Numbered from the stretch's first letter, positions 1-6,455 are shown. The stretch is 46,396 nucleotides of DNA from a virus (IMGVR_UViG_3300043451_000039:128001-174396); one strand, 5' to 3'. Program-made: numbers and translations. Notes: generated by a model from the sequence alone, not told the origin.

Positions 1-210
1 ATACTGGGATGATTGACGGAAACTGTTCAACAGCTAACCACGTATTCGTCATACGATTGTCTATCAACCACATTACGTTCCAACTTATCCAGCGTGACCA
101 CCGTATCCGTCCTAAGACTTCGTTTCCATCTTTCGTGTAACATAGGCACGGCACACTCGGCAGTGTACATCACGATGCTATGTTACCTACTGGCATTGGC
201 AACCCAATAC
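1..210 (-). ncRNA. putative multi-stem structured RNA directly downstream of tRNA-Glu (3' end at window edge)
   Basis: Closing stem GUAUUGGG(210-203)/CCCAGUAU(8-1); 9-bp stem 186-178/145-137; 9-bp stem GAUGGAAAC(130-122)/GUUUCCGUC(23-15); small internal hairpins; no credible ORF. Confidence 0.55.
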
Positions 211-219
211 AATTAAATC

Positions 220-294
220 TGGTACTCGGTAGGGGAGTTGAACCCCTCTTCTCAGGTTGAAAACCTGATGTCCTAACCGATAGACGAACCGAGT
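220..294 (-). tRNA. tRNA-Glu(TTC)
   Basis: Cloverleaf, anticodon arm tcagg-ttTTCaa-cctga, encoded CCA. Confidence 0.95.
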
Positions 295-410
295 AAAGGT
301 GGTGGTTTTTGATATACGACTAGTAAAACCACCAAACTAGCATTTGCCTTATGCAACGTATTTACCGTTGACTTAGAAAGGTCTTTAGAGTATTAACTAA
401 CTAAGACACT

Positions 411-439
411 ATTATACATCATCTATTCATAAAAGTCAA
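411..439 (-). promoter_or_regulatory. sigma70-type promoter internal to the tRNA array
   Basis: TTGACT-N17-TATAAT. Confidence 0.8.
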
Positions 440-469
440 GCGAAATTTGACTATTTTTACAAAATACTT

Positions 470-543
470 TGGAGTAGGTGACAGGAATCGAACCTGCTTC
501 CATGGGTTTGCAATCCAGTGCCCGTCCAACTGGCTCCACCTAC
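470..543 (-). tRNA. tRNA-Cys(GCA)
   Basis: Anticodon loop ttGCAaa, GTTCGA T-loop, U73-CCA; two mismatches in the anticodon stem. Confidence 0.85.
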
Positions 544-546
544 ATT

Positions 547-625
547 TGGTACCCTTGCTGAGATTCGAACTCAGAACAACTTCTCCTTTTGAGAGAGACG
601 ACTTTGCCAATTTGTCCACAAGGGC
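547..625 (-). tRNA. tRNA-Leu(CAA), short variable region
   Basis: tctct-ctCAAaa-ggaga, CCA end. Confidence 0.9.
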
Positions 626-626
626 A

Positions 627-701
627 TGGTGGGCTCATCGAGAGTTGAACTCGAACCTTATCAATTATGAGTTGACTGCACTACCTTTATGCTATAAGCC
701 C
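627..701 (-). tRNA. tRNA with CAT anticodon (Ile2 or elongator Met)
   Basis: gtcaa-ctCATaa-ttgat; paired G1-C72, so not the initiator; A73-CCA. Confidence 0.9.
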
Positions 702-708
702 AACAATA

Positions 709-785
709 TGGTGCGTCTGGAGGGACTCGAACCCCCAACCATTGGTGTAGAAGACCAGTGCTCTATCCAATTGAGCCACAGACGC
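709..785 (-). tRNA. tRNA-Arg(TCT)
   Basis: ctggt-ctTCTac-accaa, CCA end. Confidence 0.93.
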
Positions 786-790
786 AAATT

Positions 791-874
791 TGGTACGAGA
801 GGCGGGACTCGAACCCGCATGTCTTTCAACGGGAGATTTTAAGTCTCCTGAGTATACCATTTCTCCACTCTCGC
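791..874 (-). tRNA. tRNA-Leu(TAA)
   Basis: ggaga-ctTAAaa-tctcc, long variable arm, CCA end. Confidence 0.95.
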
Positions 875-944
875 ATGGCTCCGTCATATTTTTTATTTTA
901 ACAGGGCGAGAACGGAAGCACCCCTGATTAGTCGCGACGCAACT

Positions 945-1032
945 TGGCGGTAAGTATAGGAATCGAACCTATGCGCCCATTTCTGAACGACAGTTTAGCA
1001 AACTGTTGCAATAACCACTCTGCCAACTTACC
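945..1032 (-). tRNA. tRNA-Ser(GCT)
   Basis: acagt-ttGCTaa-actgt, long variable arm, G73-CCA. Confidence 0.95.
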
Positions 1033-1623
1033 TTAATAGTTACCATTCTTGAATCCCACGCTACCACCTTCGTCTTTGATTCTTTGAATCACGTCCTCAA
1101 ACAAGATGGGTCTGAAGTCTGTTTGTTCGACACAGACGCAGTGGTAGCGTGGATCAATGTAGTTACTGTAGATAACTTCTCCAGTATCAGCATGAGCACC
1201 ACGAGCCTTCATTACACGATTTGCGTGTAAGTGCCCATGAATGTTGACACCGAACCTACCTAACGATGCTTCATGAAGTGGTATATGACTTAAGATCATC
1301 CCATTCATTACATGATATGCACGTAACTCACGAAAGTGTTCACGGTATTCATCATCTCTAAAGATATCATGGTTACCACGAATTAAAACTTTATCACCAT
1401 TCAAACGATGCATAATGTTTAATGCTTTGCGATTGATAACAACATCACCAAGATGATAAACCTTATCAGTTGGCTTTACTGTTTCGTTCCATCGCTTGAC
1501 CATTTCCTCATCCATTTCATCTGGATCAGTCCATGGTCTTAACTTCTCACCATCGTCACGAGTGAATCTGCATACACCAGCGTGACCAAAGTGCGTATCG
1601 CTTACTAAAAATACACTTGGCAT
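1033..1623 (-). CDS. calcineurin-like metallophosphoesterase embedded in the tRNA array
   Basis: SDTHFGH, HLGD, GNHD, SH and HGHLH motifs; start trimmed to MPSVFL (GAAAGGA SD) because the longer ORF overlaps tRNA-Ser. Confidence 0.9.
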   Translation of the reverse strand: MPSVFLVSDTHFGHAGVCRFTRDDGEKLRPWTDPDEMDEEMVKRWNETVKPTDKVYHLGDVVINRKALNIMHRLNGDKVLIRGNHDIFRDDEYREHFRELRAYHVMNGMILSHIPLHEASLGRFGVNIHGHLHANRVMKARGAHADTGEVIYSNYIDPRYHCVCVEQTDFRPILFEDVIQRIKDEGGSVGFKNGNY

Positions 1624-1645
1624 ATACATCCTTTCATTATTAAAT

Positions 1646-1739
1646 TGGCGGAGAGCAGAGGAGTCGAACCCCATCCGATTTTAGTCAGAACCCAGTTTTC
1701 AAGGCTGGTCGCAGTACCATCACCGCTGCATTACTCTCC
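1646..1739 (-). tRNA. tRNA-Ser(TGA)
   Basis: ccagc-ctTGAaa-actgg, long variable arm, G73-CCA. Confidence 0.9.
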
Positions 1740-1746
1740 ATAATCT

Positions 1747-1822
1747 TGGCACCCAATAGAGGAATCGAACCTCTACCTCTGCGTTCGTAGCACAGTATGA
1801 TCATCCATTTCACCAATCGGGC
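1747..1822 (-). tRNA. tRNA-Arg(ACG)
   Basis: ctgtg-ctACGaa-cgcag, CCA end. Confidence 0.93.
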
Positions 1823-1828
1823 ATAACT

Positions 1829-1903
1829 TGGTGCATCGTGAGAGGATTGAACTCCCGACCTTCTCCTTGTAAGGGAGACACTCTACCGCTGAGTTAACGA
1901 TGC
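1829..1903 (-). tRNA. tRNA-Val(TAC)
   Basis: tctcc-ctTACaa-ggaga, CCA end. Confidence 0.95.
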
Positions 1904-1910
1904 ATATTTT

Positions 1911-1985
1911 TGGTGGACCGTAAGAGAATCGAACTCTTACCTTCGACGTGCAAAGCCGACGTGCTCCCATTATCACTAACAGCCC
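1911..1985 (-). tRNA. tRNA-Ala(TGC)
   Basis: tcggc-ttTGCac-gtcga, G3:U70 identity pair, CCA end. Confidence 0.95.
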
Positions 1986-1991
1986 AAAAAT

Positions 1992-2065
1992 TGGTCTCGG
2001 TGGGAAGAATCGAACTTCCGACACATGGTCCCAAACCACGAATTTTACCACTAAACTACACCGAG
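1992..2065 (-). tRNA. tRNA-Pro(TGG)
   Basis: cgtgg-ttTGGga-ccatg, C1-G72, A73-CCA. Confidence 0.95.
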
Positions 2066-2066
2066 A

Positions 2067-2140
2067 TGGTGCCCCATGACAGAATCGAACTGCCGTAACC
2101 TGATTACAAAACAGGTGTAATACCATTATACTAATAGGGC
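2067..2140 (-). tRNA. tRNA-Thr(TGT)
   Basis: cctgt-ttTGTaa-tcagg, CCA end. Confidence 0.92.
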
Positions 2141-2190
2141 AAAACGACATACAACTTATCTCATTATACTCCGCATGTCAGGGAGAGGCA

Positions 2191-2264
2191 TGGTGCTCAG
2201 TACAAGAATTGAACTTGTAATAAACGCTTATCAAGCGTCCGTTATACCATTTAACTAACCGAGC
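2191..2264 (-). tRNA. tRNA-Ile(GAT)
   Basis: gacgc-ttGATaa-gcgtt, CCA end. Confidence 0.93.
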
Positions 2265-2270
2265 AAAATT

Positions 2271-2346
2271 TGGTGCAACCTGTAGGGATCGAACCTACTT
2301 CAATGGCTCTTCAGACCACCGCTATGACCACATCAGCTAAAGTTGC
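2271..2346 (-). tRNA. tRNA-Phe(GAA)
   Basis: gtggt-ctGAAga-gccat, CCA end. Confidence 0.92.
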
Positions 2347-2347
2347 A

Positions 2348-2422
2348 TGGGGTATCGTATGAGAATTGAACTCATGATGACGGAATCACAACCCGTAGTT
2401 TTACCACTAAACTAACGACACC
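2348..2422 (-). tRNA. tRNA-His(GTG)
   Basis: acggg-ttGTGat-tccgt, G-1:C73, CCA end. Confidence 0.93.
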
Positions 2423-2433
2423 ACTGAAACATT

Positions 2434-2507
2434 TGGTAGGGGCACAGAGAATTGAACTCTGGTTAATAGGTTAAAAGCCTACTACTTTACCACTAAGTTA
2501 TACCCCC
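2434..2507 (-). tRNA. tRNA-Lys(TTT)
   Basis: gtagg-ctTTTaa-cctat, CCA end. Confidence 0.93.
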
Positions 2508-2515
2508 AAAATTTA

Positions 2516-2597
2516 CCATAGTGAAGTACATTGCCTGGACCACGTCAACAGGTATCGGTCATCCCCCTGCAACTAATCACAATGTACTTCACTATGG
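2516..2597. repeat. perfect 18-bp inverted repeat between tRNA-Gln and tRNA-Lys
   Basis: ccatagtgaagtacattg (2516-2533) / caatgtacttcactatgg (2580-2597). Confidence 0.9.
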
Positions 2598-2668
2598 CAC
2601 CCGAGATAAGAATCGAACTTATACTAACAGAGTCAAAGTCTGCTGTGCTACCACTACACCACTCGGGA
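2595..2668 (-). tRNA. tRNA-Gln(TTG)
   Basis: gcaga-ctTTGac-tctgt, G73-CCA. Confidence 0.93.
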
Positions 2669-2702
2669 ACATTGATACGCAAATTTTTAAAGAACTGACG
2701 TG

Positions 2703-2731
2703 ATTATACATTAAGTATTAATCAAAGTCAA
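2703..2731 (-). promoter_or_regulatory. sigma70-type promoter immediately before the tRNA array
   Basis: TTGACT-N17-TATAAT. Confidence 0.8.
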
Positions 2732-2764
2732 GCGATAACCTTACACGATGGTAGGGATTACCTC

Positions 2765-2803
2765 AAAAACAAAAAACCCCGAGACTTTCATCATCGGGGT
2801 TTT
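2765..2803 (-). terminator. intrinsic terminator of the putative attenuator
   Basis: AAAACCCCGA-N11-UCGGGGUUUU followed by UUGUUUUU. Confidence 0.85.
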
Positions 2804-2828
2804 GGGAAACAAAGTAGGTTGTTACACT

Positions 2829-2966
2829 TTACTTTCCAAAACCCCCAGTATCATACTCAATCGCTAAAGTTGCTGGTGTTCCATTAAACTGTGAGCGTGA
2901 GCAAACCCAACCACTATTAAGCGGTAGATGTTTATTCATCGTTCTGGATATGTTTAATGTTTTCAT
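2829..2966 (-). CDS. 45-aa putative leader peptide MKTLNISRTMNKHLPLNSGWVCSRSQFNGTPATLAIEYDTGGFGK (not in the ORF track)
   Basis: ATG 7 nt after a TATAAT (leaderless); all 20 amino acids present; 3' end overlaps the antiterminator arm. Confidence 0.7.
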   Translation of the reverse strand: MKTLNISRTMNKHLPLNSGWVCSRSQFNGTPATLAIEYDTGGFGK

Positions 2967-2973
2967 AGTAGAA

Positions 2974-3002
2974 ATTATACTACACCTTTGAGTAAAAGTC
3001 AA
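2974..3002 (-). promoter_or_regulatory. sigma70-type promoter of the leader ORF
   Basis: TTGACT-N17-TATAAT. Confidence 0.8.
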
Positions 3003-3074
3003 GCGATATTTTTAATAACCTTACAGTTCGTAGGGTTATCTAATATATAGGAAACTTTCTTAACTGTAGAGCCT

Positions 3075-3103
3075 ATTATAGAGGGATTTTTGATAAAAGT
3101 CAA
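3075..3103 (-). promoter_or_regulatory. second upstream sigma70-type promoter
   Basis: TTGACT-N17-TATAAT. Confidence 0.75.
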
Positions 3104-3106
3104 GTT

Positions 3107-3670
3107 TTATTTTAACAAAGTTGCAACTGCTTCAGGAAGAACAGGAACATCCATTCTTTCTGGATGCCACACGATACCAAAAATTGGTAAGTGTTCATGA
3201 CGGAATGCTTCAATCGTTTGATCTGGCTCATGAATAGCAAGAGGTATCATACCCTTACCAAGTTGCGTGATAGTTTGTCCATGGTAACTGTTAACATTAA
3301 CTTTCTTACCATCCATAACAACTTCATGTTCTGAGTGATCATGAGCAGGAACAAGGTTCCAGTCGATTTGATTCACACCACCAGTCAACTCATTGATAGC
3401 GAATGCGCCATGGCAAACACCAAGAATAGGTTTCTTCTGTTTAATTGCGTGATAAAAAAGATTGTTTTCTGTTATGTTACGGGCAATGCTATCAGAACCA
3501 CCAGATAGAACAAGACAATCGAATTCAATTGTCTCATCTACTTTACCGATATTGCCGTGAGGGATCAATGAATGATTGCCTAAGAAAGAATACCAGCTTC
3601 TCTCTAGGCAATCAAATAAAAAATTATTAGGAGGGATATGGTAATCCCTCTGTGATATCAAAATTTTCAT
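3107..3670 (-). CDS. class I glutamine amidotransferase / peptidase C26 (gamma-glutamyl hydrolase-like)
   Basis: LSGG, GVCHG nucleophile elbow, NSYH, WHPE. Confidence 0.9.
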   Translation of the reverse strand: MKILISQRDYHIPPNNFLFDCLERSWYSFLGNHSLIPHGNIGKVDETIEFDCLVLSGGSDSIARNITENNLFYHAIKQKKPILGVCHGAFAINELTGGVNQIDWNLVPAHDHSEHEVVMDGKKVNVNSYHGQTITQLGKGMIPLAIHEPDQTIEAFRHEHLPIFGIVWHPERMDVPVLPEAVATLLK

Positions 3671-3688
3671 AACAAATTGTAAAGTTAA

Positions 3689-4480
3689 TTACAGTTGGTT
3701 TGGATTAGCAGTAGCTGCTTCTTTACCATTGAACGCAACGCAAAGGTCACGATGTGGCTCGCCATATGCTTCCAACATGATTTGTTGAACTTCTGGAGAC
3801 GCAGTCTTGAAATCACCTAGTGATGTGCAAGAGCATTCGAACAAGTCCCAAACCATTTCTTTAACATAAGACATACACTCAGCTTGTGCTTCTGGAGTTG
3901 TTACCAACTTCTCAAGCATCAAACGACCGATATTGCTGTGGAATTTCTCGTCACGAGCAACGCGATCATAACGCTTCTGGATGAACTCATCGCCAGCAAC
4001 TTTAGCCATAGTCTGCCATACAGAAGCAGCACGACCTTCAGCCATATACTGGTACAAGTGCATCATGATTGGGTTCTCATGTGCTTCGTATTTTTGAACT
4101 AAAGAAGCGCCCATACGAACGTCTACTTTACCGTAAGTTGCCCAGATTTTCTCTAGGTCTGGCTTCTCGCCTGTTAGGTGCTCAAGAACTTCGTAAACGA
4201 TACGGAAGTGCTCAGCTTCGTCCCATGCTTGCTTAGAAAGCAAACGGCACTCTTCTGGATCAGTAAGGGCTGGGAGTTCAGAAACTTTCTTTGAAAGTTC
4301 GATCATGTTCATACGTTCGTTAGACAAACGGATGTGGAAGAAGTTTTCCAATTCTTTCTTTGATGGCTTTGCAGCGAAGAATTGTTTAGTTTGGATTTCC
4401 GCTACTTTGTGTAGAGGCATGAACGATTCCCATAGGTCGTCCATAAATTCTTTTGCTGGCTTTGCAGTAACTGCTGTCAT
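3689..4480 (-). CDS. ferritin-like diiron carboxylate protein (paralog A)
   Basis: Ligand pattern E(RMN)...DEAEH...E(GRA)...DEKFH. Confidence 0.85.
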   Translation of the reverse strand: MTAVTAKPAKEFMDDLWESFMPLHKVAEIQTKQFFAAKPSKKELENFFHIRLSNERMNMIELSKKVSELPALTDPEECRLLSKQAWDEAEHFRIVYEVLEHLTGEKPDLEKIWATYGKVDVRMGASLVQKYEAHENPIMMHLYQYMAEGRAASVWQTMAKVAGDEFIQKRYDRVARDEKFHSNIGRLMLEKLVTTPEAQAECMSYVKEMVWDLFECSCTSLGDFKTASPEVQQIMLEAYGEPHRDLCVAFNGKEAATANPNQL

Positions 4481-4541
4481 TTTGTTTTCCTTTAAGTATA
4501 AAAGTTAAAGTGTTATCAGGGCACACCTCGTGCCCCTCATT

Positions 4542-4549
4542 TATTTATA
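4542..4549 (-). promoter_or_regulatory. T4-type late promoter
   Basis: Exact TATAAATA, followed by a GGGCAC/GTGCCC hairpin at 4519-4535. Confidence 0.7.
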
Positions 4550-4561
4550 ATGAAAATTGGC

Positions 4562-5524
4562 TCACTTTTGGCTATTTTTAGATAAAACAGAGTCAACTAG
4601 AGGTTGCCACTGCTTTTCACGGGATTTTACCCAGTTACCCATAGATTTAGGGTTCTGAAGATCGGTTCTTTCTGATAGTAAATTAGTATCAAAAATAGCC
4701 TTTACTTCATCTGATTTCATCGCTTTGGTAAATTCTTTGTTATACCATTCTACAACATCATTTGGTGTTCCTGCTGGGAGCATTAATGCCCACATACCAC
4801 TCACAGATAATCCTGGAACAGCACTATCCAAAGACTGAACATTTGGGAGTTGTTTGATTGGGTTAGAACTTACAGCAATGATAACGATTTTACCATCTTT
4901 ATGTAATGGATATGCTACAGCAGAAGGAACAATCGCAAAACGAACATTACCACCAGCGACATCCATCAATGCATCCATTGGTCCTTTATGGTCAACACGA
5001 ACTACACCATCAACACCTTCTTTAAAGTTTATACGAGCAGATAATGCTTCATAAACTAGACGTGCTCCACCTGATGCAGCAATGCTAACCTTTTCAGATT
5101 TAATTGCGTCAACAAATTTCTTTGGATTATTGATTGTGTCGTTTGGGTGCGCCACTACAACGAATGGGCTTGATGCGACATGCGTAGGATATACAAAACT
5201 ATCAGTAGTGTAACCACGATTACTTGGTACTGATACTTTATCCATAGCAGCAATGCCTGGAACAGAGACGTTTGTTACTGAGTATCCATCTGCTGGTTTC
5301 TTTGATAACTCTTCAGTACCAATAACACCACCAGCACCTGGACGATTAATAACAACAAACTTTGCGCCAGTATTTTGTTCAACTTGTTTAGCCAACACCC
5401 TGAAAGAGATTTCATTAACACTTCCAGGGGTCCATGCCATAATCGCTTCAATCGGTTTAGTCGGCTCCCACGCAAAAGCAGAAGCAGACGCAACCATCAA
5501 TAAACTAATAACGAGTTTTTTCAT
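4562..5524 (-). CDS. Bug/TctC tripartite tricarboxylate transporter substrate-binding protein
   Basis: Signal peptide, WEPTKPI..PG, NRPGAGGVIG, PADGY, PAGTP. Confidence 0.92.
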   Translation of the reverse strand: MKKLVISLLMVASASAFAWEPTKPIEAIMAWTPGSVNEISFRVLAKQVEQNTGAKFVVINRPGAGGVIGTEELSKKPADGYSVTNVSVPGIAAMDKVSVPSNRGYTTDSFVYPTHVASSPFVVVAHPNDTINNPKKFVDAIKSEKVSIAASGGARLVYEALSARINFKEGVDGVVRVDHKGPMDALMDVAGGNVRFAIVPSAVAYPLHKDGKIVIIAVSSNPIKQLPNVQSLDSAVPGLSVSGMWALMLPAGTPNDVVEWYNKEFTKAMKSDEVKAIFDTNLLSERTDLQNPKSMGNWVKSREKQWQPLVDSVLSKNSQK

Positions 5525-5613
5525 ATTCTTTCATCATCCTTATCATAAAATCTTCATCAGATTCATAGTTAAAAGACCACTCCCAAAATTGTTTTAAGAG
5601 CAGTAGTGTTTCA

Positions 5614-6330
5614 TTAAGCAGCCATTTCAAATTTGTAATCATATGCTTCTTCAACCAACTTAGCAGCTTCTGGAAGGAATGTTGTTCCTTTAGCAGAGAT
5701 AGCGTATAAGTCTTTGCGCATTTGGTCAGCCAACTCAGTAGCACGTGCTTGCGCTTCTGGTGTAGTAACCAATTGCTCTAATTTCCATTTACCAATATTG
5801 GAGTGGAAACCTTCGTCACGAGCAATCTTGGCGTAGCGATGGCTAATGAAGTCATCTTCAATAGTCTCAGCCATTTGATTCCAAACTGCTTCTGCGCGAC
5901 CTTCAGCGATTGTTTGATACAATGCTAATGCTAGATCATCAGTTTGCGCTTCATATTTGTCTAATAGACTTGCGCCTTTGTTCTTAATACGAGTTTCCCA
6001 AGATGCTGCTGCAGCTTCTAAATCCACTTCTTCACCAGTGATGTGCTCAATAACTTCTTTAACCATACGGTAGTGTTGGGCTTCATCAAGTGCTTGCTTG
6101 CTTAACAACTGAAGTTCTTCAGTGCTAGTGTTTAGTGGCATTTCTGCGATTTTCTTGGAGATTTCAATTAGATTCATACGTTCATTAACCATACGACCAG
6201 TAAAGTGGTCAACAAGGGTTTCCTTGCTTGGGTTAGATTCGAAGTATGCTTTAACCTGCATTGCGCTGGCTTTAAATAGCGCATCATTGGCTGAAGCCAA
6301 TTCTGCTACGAATTCTTTAGGTGATTTCAT
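5614..6330 (-). CDS. ferritin-like diiron carboxylate protein (paralog B)
   Basis: E(RMN)...DEAQH...E(GRA)...DEGFH; aligns by eye with 3689..4480. Confidence 0.85.
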   Translation of the reverse strand: MKSPKEFVAELASANDALFKASAMQVKAYFESNPSKETLVDHFTGRMVNERMNLIEISKKIAEMPLNTSTEELQLLSKQALDEAQHYRMVKEVIEHITGEEVDLEAAAASWETRIKNKGASLLDKYEAQTDDLALALYQTIAEGRAEAVWNQMAETIEDDFISHRYAKIARDEGFHSNIGKWKLEQLVTTPEAQARATELADQMRKDLYAISAKGTTFLPEAAKLVEEAYDYKFEMAA

Positions 6331-6364
6331 TTTCTTCCCTTTGTGGAATTATTAATGTTTAGAT

Positions 6365-6433
6365 CGCTGGGTTATTTCTAACGCTGGGATTTCTCTCTGT
6401 TAGTAATAATCGCTGGGTCTTCAAGACGCTGGG
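6365..6433 (-). repeat. four CCCAGCG direct repeats in the 5' UTR
   Basis: cgctggg on + at 6365, 6382, 6411 and 6427. Confidence 0.85.
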
Positions 6434-6442
6434 ATATACACT

Positions 6443-6450
6443 TATTTATA
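6443..6450 (-). promoter_or_regulatory. T4-type late promoter
   Basis: Exact TATAAATA. Confidence 0.7.
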
Positions 6451-6455
6451 TAAAA

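Noticed and set aside
1646-1739. Possible selenocysteine or suppressor tRNA (long D and variable arms)
   Set aside because: The anticodon is TGA (reads UCA, Ser), not TCA, and the acceptor stem is 7 bp.
2163-2168. TATAAT in the Ile-Thr spacer as a promoter
   Set aside because: There is no recognisable -35 box at 17-nt spacing.
13-2703. ORF-track entries over the tRNA region (e.g. 447..842, 687..887, 1773..2150, 1910..2098, 2521..2703)
   Set aside because: They are translations of tRNA genes or structured spacers, with no protein motifs.
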